DNA of 64,000 bases from a plasmid, in sequence record NZ_CP069678.1, one strand, 5' to 3'. The first letter of the stretch is position 1. Each line of letters opens with the position of its first letter. A program made the position numbers and the translations under genes. Below, piece by piece: positions 20,006 through 33,389 of the stretch. The notes beneath the pieces were generated by a model. The model was not told the DNA's origin, did no database searches, and saw only the letters and a list, made by a program, of their open reading frames with translations.

Positions 20006-23000
20006 TTAAGCAACGTTTTCTGCCTCTGACGCCTCTTTTAATGGTCTCAGATGTCCTTTGGTCACCAGTTCTGCCAGCGTGAAGGAATAATGGCCGAGCA
20101 TATTGATATGTCCGTGGCAAAGCGGGGAGAGGCGTGCGATATCTTCATCATTCAGTGTTTCACCCTGCGCCCGGAGATGATCCAGGGCTGCCTGCATATA
20201 AATAGTGTTCCATAACACGACGGCGTTAGTGACCAGCCCCAGTGTGCCCAGTTGATCTTCCTGACCGTCGGTATATCGTTTTCTTATCTCACCTTTTTGA
20301 CCGTGACAGATGGCTCTGGCAACGGCATGGCGACTTTCTCCCCGATTAAGCTGGGTCAGAATGCGCCGGCGGTAATCTTCATCATCAATATAATTAAGCA
20401 GATACAGCGTTTTGTTGATGCGCCCCACTTCAATGATTGCCTGAGTCAGTCCGGAAGGACGTTCACTTTTCAGCAATGAACGGACCAGCACTGAAACCTG
20501 TACTTTGCCCAGCTTCAGGGAGCCAGCGGTCCGGATCATTTCGTCCCACTGAAGGACTATTTTTCGGGGATCTGATTGCCCTCTGGCAATATCATTCAGC
20601 ACGCCATAGTCGGCATCATGGTCCATTCGCCAGAAAACCGAAGCACCGGCATCAGCCAGGCGTGGAGAAAACTGGTATCCCAGCAGCCAGAAAAGGCCAA
20701 AGACAAGTTCGCTGGCACCTGCTGTATCGGTCATAATTTCGGTTGGATTCAGCCCGGTCTCCTGTTCCAGAAGACCTTCCAGCACAAAGATAGAGTCCCT
20801 CAGCGTCCCCGGTATAACGATGCCATGAAAGCCGGAATACTGATCGGACACAAAGTTGTACCAGGTGATCCCTCTGTTATTACCAAAGTATTTGCGGTTC
20901 GGTCCGGCATTGATTGTTCTGACTGGCGTAACAAAGCGCATTCCATCTGCAGATGCCACTTCTCCTCCACCCCATATCTGTGCCAGTGGCAGCGTTGCCT
21001 GAAAATCAACCAGTCTGGCATTAGCGCTGGTGATAGTTTCAGCCCGCAGATAGTTCGCTTTTGTCCAGTTCAGCCGGTGTCGGGTCAGTGCAGGAACATT
21101 TGATCTGATCAGTGGTTCCAGACCGATATTGCAGGCTTCAGCCATCAGCACGGCGCTGATGCTGACGGGCAGATCATCAACTCTGGCACTGGCTTCACTA
21201 GCATGGAAAAACTCATCAGCAAATCCGGTATGGGCGTTAATTTCGAGCAGCAACTCCGTTAAATCCACCGGAGGGAGTAGATCACTGATCATTTTGCTCA
21301 GTCGTTTCAGACTGTCCGGCTCATCAAGACTGGCGAGGGGAGAAATTGTCAACCGGGGCTTCGGGCCAGAAACATCGAGTTCGACAGCCTCATTTTCGCA
21401 AAGACGTGCAGCAACCTGTCTGTAACGACTATCAAGCTGATGACCCAGAGATTTTATTGCTTCCTGCGGGTCTGTCGGGTGCCCCAAAGAACGATAAACC
21501 TTAATCCGGTTTGCCTGCCAGTCAGCACCCTGTAGTAATCTTGCACGAGGATCTCCCCACCGGTTACTGCCGGTAACGTAGACATCCCTCCGCCTCAGAC
21601 TATCCTGCAGTTTACTGAGAAAGCAGAGCGTGTATCCCCTGCGGGTGATATGTTTTTCCTTGTTAATCACCAGCCGTTTCCATGACCGACTGATAATTTC
21701 CGTTGGTGCGTCGTCAAAAAACTGCCGCCGTGAGCTGAACTCCCGGCTGAGGTAGTCACAGGCATTCAGAGTGGTAACCCCGGCAGGTGCGGATGAAAAT
21801 TTAACGGTATTCAGCAGATGGGGCAGGAAACGACGAACGCGCCCGTACTGCTCCACCATTTCTTCATGAAAATTATCGTCTGAGGGCCGGGCAATTTCAC
21901 GGACAAGCGTGATGATTTCAGCCAGCTTTTGCCTTGGGATGTAGCTGAACACCTCAGCACGAATCGATTCGTCCGGTGTTTCTTCTTTCAGCAGGTACGA
22001 ACATGCGCTGGCGAGCGCCAATGCAGATTTATCCAGATCCTTCAGCGAGCGGAGCCGTTTTTTCTGCCCAATCTTTCTGGCGTCACGGATGATAACGGCC
22101 AGCATGGCGTCCAGAACGTCCAATGCATCATCCAGCGCCAGCGTTTCCCATGCAAGGACAAAGGCAACCAGAACCGCCATCCTTTTCTGCGGTGACATCC
22201 TGGCAATATTGAACACCGAAGTCATACCAGCATAACGTGCGAGATTTTTCAGGCGCACAGCCGGGAGTGTACTCAGGTTTTCAGCATGCAGGCCAAAATC
22301 GTTCAGAGTTTTCCAGCGTTCAATTGCTTCATTAAACGCCGGACCACTGATGGTCACAGGGCCCTTTTTCAGTGATTCCAGTAAAGACAGGCGGCTGCAA
22401 TCAGTTGGCCCCAGCAGCATCTCCAGCTGTGAACGCTGTTCGGCTGACGGTATCAGTGCCAGTTTGTTCCACAGGCGCAACGTCGCCTTTTCCCTTACCT
22501 CTGAAATCAACCGGGTCAGCGTAGTGGCTCCGGGGAGAATAATACGATGTTGCATAAGCCACCCTGTCGCCAGATCGAAAAGCAGGCCAGGACGTTCGTT
22601 GCTTATCCAGCTCCGGGTATATAAAAGACGGGTAAGGCGAAATGTCCAGGGCCAGGCAAATTCACGATACTGATAGTGCTGACGTATCAGCGCTGCATGC
22701 TCACGGCGGGTATTTTCCCTCTGACCGTATTCTGCAAGAACGGTGATATCACGAATCCCGAGCTGTCTGGCGGTAAAATGCCGGACGCCGGAAGGAATAT
22801 GATTCATATCGGTGAGGAAGGTGCCCAGAAAACGGACACATCCAATTTGCAGGGCAATGCCCAGACGGTTGTGATCACCTCTGCTTTTTCCGATAAATTC
22901 CTTGTCTGCTTCATCAAGGTGAAAATATCGTGCCAGCTGAAGCTCATCCGGTTCACCGGTGAATCTGCCATAGCTTTCAGTCTGCTCAGTGGTCAGAAAG

Positions 23001-23011
23001 TCAACGGGCAT
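20006..23011 (-). CDS. tnpA: Tn3 transposase TnpA (1001 aa)
   Basis: MPVDFLTTEQ… full-length Tn3-family TnpA. The ORF-track start lies further upstream. Confidence 0.93.
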   Translation of the reverse strand: MPVDFLTTEQTESYGRFTGEPDELQLARYFHLDEADKEFIGKSRGDHNRLGIALQIGCVRFLGTFLTDMNHIPSGVRHFTARQLGIRDITVLAEYGQRENTRREHAALIRQHYQYREFAWPWTFRLTRLLYTRSWISNERPGLLFDLATGWLMQHRIILPGATTLTRLISEVREKATLRLWNKLALIPSAEQRSQLEMLLGPTDCSRLSLLESLKKGPVTISGPAFNEAIERWKTLNDFGLHAENLSTLPAVRLKNLARYAGMTSVFNIARMSPQKRMAVLVAFVLAWETLALDDALDVLDAMLAVIIRDARKIGQKKRLRSLKDLDKSALALASACSYLLKEETPDESIRAEVFSYIPRQKLAEIITLVREIARPSDDNFHEEMVEQYGRVRRFLPHLLNTVKFSSAPAGVTTLNACDYLSREFSSRRQFFDDAPTEIISRSWKRLVINKEKHITRRGYTLCFLSKLQDSLRRRDVYVTGSNRWGDPRARLLQGADWQANRIKVYRSLGHPTDPQEAIKSLGHQLDSRYRQVAARLCENEAVELDVSGPKPRLTISPLASLDEPDSLKRLSKMISDLLPPVDLTELLLEINAHTGFADEFFHASEASARVDDLPVSISAVLMAEACNIGLEPLIRSNVPALTRHRLNWTKANYLRAETITSANARLVDFQATLPLAQIWGGGEVASADGMRFVTPVRTINAGPNRKYFGNNRGITWYNFVSDQYSGFHGIVIPGTLRDSIFVLEGLLEQETGLNPTEIMTDTAGASELVFGLFWLLGYQFSPRLADAGASVFWRMDHDADYGVLNDIARGQSDPRKIVLQWDEMIRTAGSLKLGKVQVSVLVRSLLKSERPSGLTQAIIEVGRINKTLYLLNYIDDEDYRRRILTQLNRGESRHAVARAICHGQKGEIRKRYTDGQEDQLGTLGLVTNAVVLWNTIYMQAALDHLRAQGETLNDEDIARLSPLCHGHINMLGHYSFTLAELVTKGHLRPLKEASEAENVA

Positions 23012-23732
<721 letters not shown>

Positions 23733-23844
23733 TACGCCTATTTTTATAGGTTAATGTCATGATAATAATGGTTTCTTAGACGTCAGGTGGCACTTTTCGG
23801 GGAAATGTGCGCGGAACCCCTATTTGTTTATTTTTCTAAATACA

Positions 23845-23873
23845 TTCAAATATGTATCCGCTCATGAGACAAT
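23845..23873 (+). promoter_or_regulatory. blaTEM P3-type promoter (-35 TTCAAA, 17 bp, -10 GACAAT)
   Basis: Hexamers seen at 23845-23850 and 23868-23873 upstream of bla. Confidence 0.5.
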
Positions 23874-23902
23874 AACCCTGGTAAATGCTTCAATAATATT
23901 GA

Positions 23903-24775
<873 letters not shown>

Positions 24776-24875
24776 CTGTCAGACCAAGTTTACTCATATA
24801 TACTTTAGATTGATTTAAAACTTCATTTTTAATTTAAAAGGATCTAGGTGAAGATCCTTTTTGATAATCTCATGA

Positions 24876-25433
<558 letters not shown>

Positions 25434-25450
25434 GGACAAGGAGGTGTGCG

Positions 25451-25813
25451 ATGAGCGCCTACACGGTATCGCAACTGGCCCATAACGCTGGGGTGAGCGT
25501 ACATATCGTGCGCGACTACCTGGTGCGCGGCTTGTTACGGCCGGTGGCCTGCACCACGGGCGGCTACGGCGTGTTCGACGATGCGGCCTTGCAACGGCTG
25601 TGCTTCGTGCGCGCGGCCTTCGAGGCGGGTATCGGCCTGGATGCCCTGGCGCGGCTGTGCCGTGCGCTCGACGCAGCGGACGGCGCACAAGCCGCAGCGC
25701 AGCTTGCCGTGCTGCGCCAGTTGGTCGAGCGGCGGCGCGCGGCGTTGGCCCATCTGGACGCGCAACTGGCCTCCATGCCAGCCGAGCGGGCGCACGAGGA
25801 GGCATTGCCGTGA
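25451..25813 (+). CDS. merD: Mer operon co-regulator MerD (121 aa)
   Basis: [29 protein letters not shown]… MerR-like HTH. Position after merA. Confidence 0.85.
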   Translation: MSAYTVSQLAHNAGVSVHIVRDYLVRGLLRPVACTTGGYGVFDDAALQRLCFVRAAFEAGIGLDALARLCRALDAADGAQAAAQLAVLRQLVERRRAALAHLDAQLASMPAERAHEEALP

Positions 25814-26046
25814 ACGCCCCTGACAAACTGCCGCCCGAGACGCGCCAACCCGTTTCCGGCTACCTGTGGGGTGCGCTGGCCGTGTTGACCTGCCCCTGCC
25901 ATCTGCCGATTCTCGCCGCCGTGCTGGCCGGGACGACCGCCGGTGCCTTCCTTGGCGAGCATTGGGGTGTTGCCGCGCTCGCGCTGACCGGCTTGTTCGT
26001 TCTGGCCGTAACGCGGCTGCTGCGCGCCTTCCGGGGCGGATCATGA
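25810..26046 (+). CDS. merE: MerE (78 aa, GTG start)
   Basis: [36 protein letters not shown]… with the conserved CPC motif. Confidence 0.75.
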   Translation: MNAPDKLPPETRQPVSGYLWGALAVLTCPCHLPILAAVLAGTTAGAFLGEHWGVAALALTGLFVLAVTRLLRAFRGGS

Positions 26047-26750
26047 CGAGTTCGCAGCCCGCCGGATGGACGGCGGCCGAGTTGGCGCAGGCGGCGGCGC
26101 GCGGACAGCTTGACCTGCATTACCAGCCGCTGGTCGATCTGCGCGATCACCGGATCGCTGGCGCGGAAGCGTTGATGCGCTGGCGGCATCCGAGGCTTGG
26201 CCTGTTGCCGCCCGGCCAGTTCCTGCCGCTGGCCGAGTCGTTCGGCCTGATGCCGGAAATAGGCGCGTGGGTGCTGGGCGAGGCCTGTCGCCAGATGCAC
26301 AAGTGGCAAGGACCGGCATGGCAACCGTTCCGTCTTGCCATCAATGTGTCCGCCAGCCAGGTTGGGCCAACGTTCGACGACGAGGTAAAGCGGGTGCTGG
26401 CCGATATGGCCCTGCCCGCCGAGCTTCTGGAGATCGAACTGACCGAATCGGTCGCATTCGGCAATCCAGCCCTGTTCGCCAGTTTCGACGCCTTGCGCGC
26501 CATCGGCGTGCGCTTCGCCGCCGACGACTTCGGCACCGGCTATTCCTGCCTGCAACATCTGAAATGCTGCCCCATCACCACATTGAAAATCGACCAATCC
26601 TTTGTCGCCAGGCTCCCGGATGATGCCCGTGACCAAACTATCGTGCGGGCGGTGATCCAGCTCGCGCACGGGCTGGGCATGGATGTCATTTTCAGAAGAC
26701 GACTGCACCAGTTGATTGGGCGTAATGGCTGTTGTGCAGCCAGCTCCTGA
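26043..26750 (+). CDS. urf2: urf2 (EAL-domain protein of Tn21 family), C-terminus altered by integron IRt
   Basis: EAL-domain motifs (…EALMRW…, …DDFGTGYS…). The reading frame runs into the 25-bp IRt. Confidence 0.75.
   Translation: MTSSQPAGWTAAELAQAAARGQLDLHYQPLVDLRDHRIAGAEALMRWRHPRLGLLPPGQFLPLAESFGLMPEIGAWVLGEACRQMHKWQGPAWQPFRLAINVSASQVGPTFDDEVKRVLADMALPAELLEIELTESVAFGNPALFASFDALRAIGVRFAADDFGTGYSCLQHLKCCPITTLKIDQSFVARLPDDARDQTIVRAVIQLAHGLGMDVIFRRRLHQLIGRNGCCAASS
26684..26708. repeat. Class 1 integron / Tn402 inverted repeat IRt
   Basis: TGTCATTTTCAGAAGACGACTGCAC. Confidence 0.7.
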
Positions 26751-26788
26751 CAGTTCAATATCAGAAGTGATCTGCACCAATCTCGACT

Positions 26789-28076
26789 ATGCTCAATACT
26801 CGTGTGCACCAAAGCGAGGTGAGCATGGCGGCGGACACCCCACGGATTCCAGAACAAGGCGTGGCCACTCTGCCTGATGAGGCTTGGGAGCGTGCGCGCC
26901 GTCGTGCGGAGATCATCAGTCCGTTGGCGCAGTCGGAGACGGTCGGGCACGAAGCGGCCGATATGGCGGCTCAGGCGCTGGGCTTGTCTCGGCGCCAGGT
27001 ATACGTTCTGATCCGGCGTGCCCGGCAAGGCAGCGGCCTCGTGACGGATCTGGTGCCCGGCCAGTCCGGTGGAGGTAAAGGTAAGGGGCGCTTGCCGGAA
27101 CCGGTCGAGCGCGTCATCCACGAGCTACTGCAAAAGCGGTTCCTGACCAAGCAGAAGCGCAGCCTAGCGGCCTTTCACCGCGAAGTCACTCAGGTGTGCA
27201 AGGCTCAAAAACTGCGAGTGCCGGCGCGCAATACCGTGGCCTTACGGATCGCTAGCCTTGACCCGCGCAAGGTCATCCGCCGGCGGGAAGGCCAGGATGC
27301 CGCTCGTGACCTACAAGGTGTGGGCGGCGAGCCTCCTGCCGTGACCGCGCCGCTGGAGCAGGTGCAGATAGACCATACGGTCATCGACCTGATCGTGGTC
27401 GATGACCGCGACCGGCAACCTATTGGCCGCCCGTACCTGACCCTCGCCATCGACGTGTTCACCCGCTGCGTGCTCGGCATGGTCGTCACGCTGGAAGCGC
27501 CGTCTGCCGTTTCGGTTGGCCTGTGCCTCGTGCATGTCGCCTGCGACAAGCGCCCTTGGCTGGAAGGACTGAACGTGGAAATGGATTGGCAGATGAGCGG
27601 CAAGCCCTTGCTGCTCTACCTAGACAACGCGGCCGAGTTCAAGAGCGAGGCCCTGCGCCGGGGTTGCGAGCAGCATGGCATCCGGCTGGACTATCGCCCG
27701 CTGGGACAGCCGCACTATGGCGGCATCGTGGAACGGATCATCGGCACGGCGATGCAGATGATTCACGACGAACTGCCGGGAACGACCTTCTCCAACCCTG
27801 ACCAGCGCGGCGACTACGATTCCGAAAACAAGGCCGCCCTGACGCTGCGCGAGCTAGAGCGCTGGCTCACATTGGCGGTCGGCACCTACCACGGTTCGGT
27901 GCACAACGGCCTGCTCCAACCGCCGGCCGCGCGCTGGGCCGAGGCCGTGGCGCGTGTCGGCGTACCGGCCGTCGTCACACGCGCTACTTCGTTCCTGGTC
28001 GATTTTCTGCCGATCCTCCGGCGCACGCTGACCCGCACCGGCTTTGTCATCGACCACATCCACTACTACGCCGATG
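26789..28076 (+). pseudogene. tniA: Tn402-type transposase TniA, truncated at codon ~429 by IS26
   Basis: MLNTRVHQSEVSMAADTPRIPEQ… DDE transposase. The frame ends …ADGHCCK*, created by the IS26 IR. Confidence 0.85.
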
Positions 28077-28896
28077 GGCACTGTTGCAAATAGTCGGTGG
28101 TGATAAACTTATCATCCCCTTTTGCTGATGGAGCTGCACATGAACCCATTCAAAGGCCGGCATTTTCAGCGTGACATCATTCTGTGGGCCGTACGCTGGT
28201 ACTGCAAATACGGCATCAGTTACCGTGAGCTGCAGGAGATGCTGGCTGAACGCGGAGTGAATGTCGATCACTCCACGATTTACCGCTGGGTTCAGCGTTA
28301 TGCGCCTGAAATGGAAAAACGGCTGCGCTGGTACTGGCGTAACCCTTCCGATCTTTGCCCGTGGCACATGGATGAAACCTACGTGAAGGTCAATGGCCGC
28401 TGGGCGTATCTGTACCGGGCCGTCGACAGCCGGGGCCGCACTGTCGATTTTTATCTCTCCTCCCGTCGTAACAGCAAAGCTGCATACCGGTTTCTGGGTA
28501 AAATCCTCAACAACGTGAAGAAGTGGCAGATCCCGCGATTCATCAACACGGATAAAGCGCCCGCCTATGGTCGCGCGCTTGCTCTGCTCAAACGCGAAGG
28601 CCGGTGCCCGTCTGACGTTGAACACCGACAGATTAAGTACCGGAACAACGTGATTGAATGCGATCATGGCAAACTGAAACGGATAATCGGCGCCACGCTG
28701 GGATTTAAATCCATGAAGACGGCTTACGCCACCATCAAAGGTATTGAGGTGATGCGTGCACTACGCAAAGGCCAGGCCTCAGCATTTTATTATGGTGATC
28801 CCCTGGGCGAAATGCGCCTGGTAAGCAGAGTTTTTGAAATGTAAGGCCTTTGAATAAGACAAAAGGCTGCCTCATCGCTAACTTTGCAACAGTGCC
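28077..28896 (+). mobile_element. IS26 copy 1 (820 bp, 14-bp IRs GGCACTGTTGCAAA); flanks CGCCGATG / CATTTATG, no TSD
   Basis: Exact IS26 ends and Tnp26 gene. Confidence 0.95.
28140..28844 (+). CDS. tnp26: IS26 transposase Tnp26 (234 aa)
   Basis: [57 protein letters not shown]…. Confidence 0.95.
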   Translation: MNPFKGRHFQRDIILWAVRWYCKYGISYRELQEMLAERGVNVDHSTIYRWVQRYAPEMEKRLRWYWRNPSDLCPWHMDETYVKVNGRWAYLYRAVDSRGRTVDFYLSSRRNSKAAYRFLGKILNNVKKWQIPRFINTDKAPAYGRALALLKREGRCPSDVEHRQIKYRNNVIECDHGKLKRIIGATLGFKSMKTAYATIKGIEVMRALRKGQASAFYYGDPLGEMRLVSRVFEM

Positions 28897-29057
28897 CATT
28901 TATGAATGTTCCTGTTATGGCTTATGTTCAAGAAAGCATTGCCCCTGAAATGATGGGCAAGGTGTTTTCCCTTTTGATGACCGCCATGACTCTTTCTATG
29001 CCGATAGGCTTACTTGTTGCAGGTCCGGTTGTTGAGGTTATAGGTGTTAATACATGA
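28897..29057 (+). pseudogene. MFS efflux pump 3' fragment (mef(B)-like, sul3-associated), 5' end removed by IS26
   Basis: In-frame C-terminal …MNVPVMAYVQESIAPEMMGKVFSLLMTAMTLSMPIGLLVAGPVVEVIGVNT* starting directly at the IS26 end. Low GC. Confidence 0.5.
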
Positions 29058-29301
29058 TTTTTCTGGTCTGGTGTTGCGTTGATAGTAAACGCTGTTCTCT
29101 GCCGCATTCTGACACGACGCTATGACAAAGTAACAATGAAACCGCAAGTGGACTGAAAAAAGGACCGGGTTGATGATAATTTGTAGTGGTGAGCTTCTGG
29201 GAGTACAAAACAAAGTGCTCAAAATTGTCGGGCTCATGGCGTTTAACGGTATTAATTTCGCTTATAATAATCTTTCTATAATAGCCTAAAGGAGAATATC
29301 T

Positions 29302-30165
29302 ATGATACCTAATAGCGAAAATAAAAGAGTATGGTTTATTACCGGAGCAAGCAAGGGGCTTGGCTATGCTTTTACATGCGCCGCCTTGAAAGCCGGGGAT
29401 AAAGTTGTTGCAGTTGCAAGGACTATCGATAATTTGGCGAAGCTAGAAGAAACATATCAAGAGAGCTTACTGCCATTAAACCTCGATGTTACAGATAGGG
29501 AGGCTGTTTTTTCTACGGTTGAAACAGCAGTTAAACATTTCGGTAGGCTTGATATTGTTGTTAATAATGCGGGTATCATGACTATGGGTATGATTGAAGA
29601 ACTAAACGAATCCGATGCTCGGAAACTAATGGACACAAACTTTTTTGGAGCTCTTTGGGTTTGTCAGGCAGTGATGCCCTATTTGAGGTCGCAGCGTTCT
29701 GGACATATCATACAGATTACAAGCATTGGCGCTATTATCTCGGGTCCGATGTCTGGTATTTACAGTGCAAGTAAATTTGCGCTGGAAGGAATGAGTGAAG
29801 CCTTAGCAAAAGAAGCGGAACATTTCGGAGTGAAACTCACTATGGTGGAACCAGGAGGATATTGGACAGATTTATACACTTCGATGAGTTACAGCAATCC
29901 ATTAGATTCATACGGTACACTGCGCGATGAGCTGGCGAAACAGTATTCCGAAGATTCGGTCGATAGTGATCCTTCCTTGGCAGCGGAAGCCCTTATGAAA
30001 TTAGTAGCCAGCAATAATCCGCCTTTGAGGCTTATCCTTGGCAGCATGGTATACGATTTGGCGATGGATACCTTAAAAGCACGGATGGCTACCTGGGAAG
30101 AATGGGAAGCTGTTAGCCGTGCATCAGAAAAGGCTATTCCTGCACCGGAGAGATATGGAGTATAA
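29302..30165 (+). CDS. Short-chain dehydrogenase/reductase (SDR) family protein (sul3-module orf)
   Basis: TGASKGLG Rossmann motif, NNAG, and the YxxxK catalytic pair (YSASK). Low-GC codon usage. Confidence 0.75.
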   Translation: MIPNSENKRVWFITGASKGLGYAFTCAALKAGDKVVAVARTIDNLAKLEETYQESLLPLNLDVTDREAVFSTVETAVKHFGRLDIVVNNAGIMTMGMIEELNESDARKLMDTNFFGALWVCQAVMPYLRSQRSGHIIQITSIGAIISGPMSGIYSASKFALEGMSEALAKEAEHFGVKLTMVEPGGYWTDLYTSMSYSNPLDSYGTLRDELAKQYSEDSVDSDPSLAAEALMKLVASNNPPLRLILGSMVYDLAMDTLKARMATWEEWEAVSRASEKAIPAPERYGV

Positions 30166-30202
30166 TACCAAACATGGTTTTTGAGGCAAGGACGAAACTA
30201 TC

Positions 30203-30448
30203 ATGAAAATTGAAATTATGGAATATAACCCGGATTGGACAAAGAATTTTGAAGAAGAGAAAATAAAATTGCTCCATTTTTTCGGTTCTCATGCCGTAGC
30301 CATTGAACATATCGGAAGCACGGCGATACCCAATCAACGGGCGAAACCGGTTATAGATATATTTATTGGCGTTTCGCCTTTTGCTGAACTACCTTTTATC
30401 AGCGCATTTTTAATGCAAAGGAGTATCACCACACTCCGACAGATATGA
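30203..30448 (+). pseudogene. GrpB-family protein, N-terminal fragment
   Basis: 81 aa (…YNPDWTKNFEEEKIKLLHFFGSHAVAIEHIGSTAIP…) with a GrpB-like start. Full-length proteins are ~180 aa. Confidence 0.45.
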
Positions 30449-30916
30449 CAGGCAGATATTTGTTTGCAAAATATACAAATGAAGTTTGGACCCATAATCT
30501 TCTTGCTTTGGTGTAGGTATAATACCCAAAAACGAAGTTTATGCGGAACAGGATAACACCTCGAAATCGGAGTTTATATGGCTTCGTGGGGGAGTTATGT
30601 GTTTGAGCTTTGTCGCATTAACGCGAATCAGGGGTTGACGGCAGAAATAGACTGGAATTACACTTCTTGGAGTCGGCGTTGCCGGAAAATTCTGATTGGA
30701 TTAGTTGTTCGGGGTGCGAAAACAGTCGTAGTTCGGGGAAAAAACCGAATTTTGACCCAAAACCGCGAAAAACTCGAAATGACAGTTCCTATCAGTTTTC
30801 ATAATGAATTAAAACAAAAAAATTAGGCTGCAAAGATAGGGAAAATGTGTCAATTTGCGTAAGTGATAATTAGTCAATTAAGATAAATGCTACTTTTGTA
30901 ATCAAAGCAAAATGAT

Positions 30917-31708
30917 ATGAGCAAGATTTTTGGAATCGTAAATATAACCACCGATAGTTTTTCCGATGGAGGACTTTATTTAGATACAGATAAGGCAATT
31001 GAGCATGCTCTGCATTTGGTTGAAGATGGAGCAGATGTGATTGATTTGGGAGCCGCTTCCAGTAATCCTGATACAACTGAAGTGGGCGTTGTGGAAGAAA
31101 TCAAAAGACTCAAACCTGTCATTAAGGCTTTAAAAGAAAAAGGCATTTCTATTTCTGTTGATACATTTAAACCTGAGGTTCAGAGTTTTTGCATAGAACA
31201 AAAGGTTGATTTTATTAATGATATTCAAGGTTTTCCTTATCCTGAGATTTATTCAGGCTTGGCAAAGTCAGATTGCAAACTTGTGTTGATGCACTCCGTT
31301 CAGCGAATTGGTGCAGCTACTAAAGTTGAAACGAATCCGGAAGAGGTTTTTACTTCCATGATGGAATTTTTTAAAGAAAGAATTGCTGCTTTAGTTGAGG
31401 CTGGTGTAAAGCGTGAACGAATTATTCTTGATCCGGGTATGGGCTTCTTTTTAGGCTCTAATCCAGAAACATCTATTCTTGTTTTGAAGCGTTTCCCTGA
31501 AATTCAAGAAGCTTTTAATTTGCAAGTAATGATTGCAGTGTCACGGAAATCATTCTTAGGTAAAATAACTGGAACCGATGTGAAATCTCGTTTAGCACCA
31601 ACTCTTGCAGCAGAAATGTATGCATACAAAAAAGGTGCAGATTATCTCCGCACCCATGATGTTAAGTCTTTATCAGATGCCTTGAAAATATCCAAAGCCC
31701 TAGGTTAG
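30917..31708 (+). CDS. sul3: Sulfonamide-resistant dihydropteroate synthase Sul3 (263 aa)
   Basis: MSKIFGIVNITTDSFSDGG… DHPS fold. Matches Sul3 as recalled. Low-GC gene linked to qacH and an IS440 fragment. Confidence 0.88.
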   Translation: MSKIFGIVNITTDSFSDGGLYLDTDKAIEHALHLVEDGADVIDLGAASSNPDTTEVGVVEEIKRLKPVIKALKEKGISISVDTFKPEVQSFCIEQKVDFINDIQGFPYPEIYSGLAKSDCKLVLMHSVQRIGAATKVETNPEEVFTSMMEFFKERIAALVEAGVKRERIILDPGMGFFLGSNPETSILVLKRFPEIQEAFNLQVMIAVSRKSFLGKITGTDVKSRLAPTLAAEMYAYKKGADYLRTHDVKSLSDALKISKALG

Positions 31709-31710
31709 TT

Positions 31711-31986
31711 TTATTTTTTTAGCTTTCTAAATGAATATGCTATACTTGCTCTGAAGTTGTGTTGGCGTACTTGACTTAGGTCTGGATCTTTCGAACTGTT
31801 ACTAAGAGGGTAATCATAGCCAAACATAAACTGGAAATGTCCTAATTCTAAACCTGTTCCAATACCTACACTATAATCAAGAGGACTTAAACTTCCATCA
31901 CTTCCAAAAGGTTTTGTGTACTTCTCTTGAGTTTTCGTAGCTAAATAGTAGTGTTTGTTGGTAAATCCAAATAATCCAATATTCAA
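31711..31986 (-). pseudogene. Possible outer-membrane beta-barrel protein C-terminal fragment
   Basis: 91-aa ORF with alternating hydrophobic pattern, ending in …SIAYSFRKLKK. No N-terminus. Weak support. Confidence 0.25.
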
Positions 31987-32641
31987 TCTTGCGACCGGGA
32001 AAGTCCTCTTGAAAGTACCACAAGTTCGCGGGATGGAGTTTTATCCCAGCTGCATCGAGAAAGGCATGCGCAGTGAGCGTGCTCTCAAGCTCGCCATCGC
32101 CGAAATGTATGTCAAAGGAGTAAGTACCCGCAGGGTCTCGGATATCGTCGAAATTCTTTGTGGCACCGAAGTCAGCTCGTCCCAGGTCAGCAGGCTGGCA
32201 AAGGAGCTCGATGAAGAGATTACGTCTTGGAAGGCGCAGCCTGTCGGACAGATTCAATACTTGGTACTTGATGCGACCTATGAATCGGTTCGCGTCGGTT
32301 CCCATGTGGTCAAGCAGGCGCTTCTAGTGGCTATTGGCGTTGATTACAGCGGGAATCGGCATATTCTTGACGCCGAAGTCGCGAACAGTGAGGCAGAGGT
32401 AAACTGGCGTTCCTTTCTCGAGGGTCTCGTACGACGAGGGATGCACGGCCTGCGAATGATCACCAGTGATGACCACTCAGGACTGCGCGCGGCAATCGAT
32501 GCTGTCTTCCCTGGAATTCTGTGGCAACGCTGCCAGTTTCATCTGCAGCAGAATGCCCACTCCTACGTCACGAAAAAAGATGAGATCCCGCTGATAGCCG
32601 CTGATATTCGGAAGGTGTTCAATCGGAATATGTCAAGATAG
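31955..32641 (+). pseudogene. IS256-family (IS440-like) transposase, internal fragment lacking both ends
   Basis: Mutator-type transposase core (…YLVLDATYESVRVG…LVAIGVDYSGNRHIL…ITSDDHSGLRAAIDAVFPGILWQRCQFHL…). No start codon and no terminal IRs. Confidence 0.7.
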
Positions 32642-32799
32642 TTTATGCCAGATTTTTGAGAGGTTTGCATCAAGCAGCCTTCGAAAGAGGACGGCATGAC
32701 ATTGAGACCGGCAAGGCGTCGTAGATACGCACTTTCCCAGTACGCCACCGTAAGGGGTTTTTCTCTTTGGCAGCAAGAATGGTTTGGTTTCTTTTTTCC

Positions 32800-32885
32800 T
32801 CGGCGCCGTAGGCGTCCGACTAACACCTGAATTAAGCCGCGCCGCGAAGCGGCGTCGGCTTGAATGAACTGTTAGATGCCAGCCC
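32800..32885 (-). other. attC (59-be) of qacH cassette
   Basis: Imperfect inverted repeat gccgcgccgcgaagcggcgtcggcttgaa…gttagat with GTTAGAT core. Confidence 0.5.
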
Positions 32886-32887
32886 GA

Positions 32888-33226
32888 TCAATGTGCGCTG
32901 ACCTTGGATAGCAGATTTAGAACGGCGACGCCACTAACGATAAGTCCCATGCCAACGAACGCCCACAAGTCTAGTTTCTGGCCATGGAAGATCCAAGCGA
33001 TAGCTGCCACAAGTACGATGCCGAGGCCAGCCCAAACAGCATAAGCAATGCCGACCGGGATGGACTTGAGTGCGAGAGAGAGGAAATAGAACGCAAGCCC
33101 GTAGCCAGCCACAACTACAACAGAAGGAACTAACTTGGTGAATCCATGGCTGGACTTCAGTGCGGAAGTTGCGACGACCTCACCAAATATTGCAATAGCC
33201 AGAAAGAGCCAGTTCTTCACGTGCAA
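32888..33226 (-). CDS. qacH: SMR-family quaternary ammonium compound efflux protein (qacH/qacF-type cassette)
   Basis: 112-aa 4-TM SMR protein [26 protein letters not shown]…. Related to QacE but a distinct variant. Confidence 0.8.
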   Translation of the reverse strand: MHVKNWLFLAIAIFGEVVATSALKSSHGFTKLVPSVVVVAGYGLAFYFLSLALKSIPVGIAYAVWAGLGIVLVAAIAWIFHGQKLDLWAFVGMGLIVSGVAVLNLLSKVSAH

Positions 33227-33309
33227 TCTCCTCTACGGTATGAAGGATAAATAGTGGTGGCTATGAGTTGCCAAAAACAGTCTTGCGGCTGTCGATTTTC
33301 TGTGAGCAT

Positions 33310-33389
33310 ACGCAACGCCAAATCTGGCATCTAACGCTTGAGTTAAGCCGCGCCGCGAAGCGGCGTCGGCTTGAACGAATTGTTAGACA
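33310..33389 (-). other. attC of aadA1 cassette
   Basis: …gcatctaacgcttgagttaagccgcgccgcgaagcggcgtcggcttgaacgaattgttagac, matching the aadA1 59-be as recalled. Confidence 0.6.

Noticed and set aside
28047-28667. 206-aa ORF antisense within IS26 (also 44478-45203 in the second copy)
   Set aside because: Mirror-image frame of tnp26 present in every IS26 copy. It is not known to be expressed.
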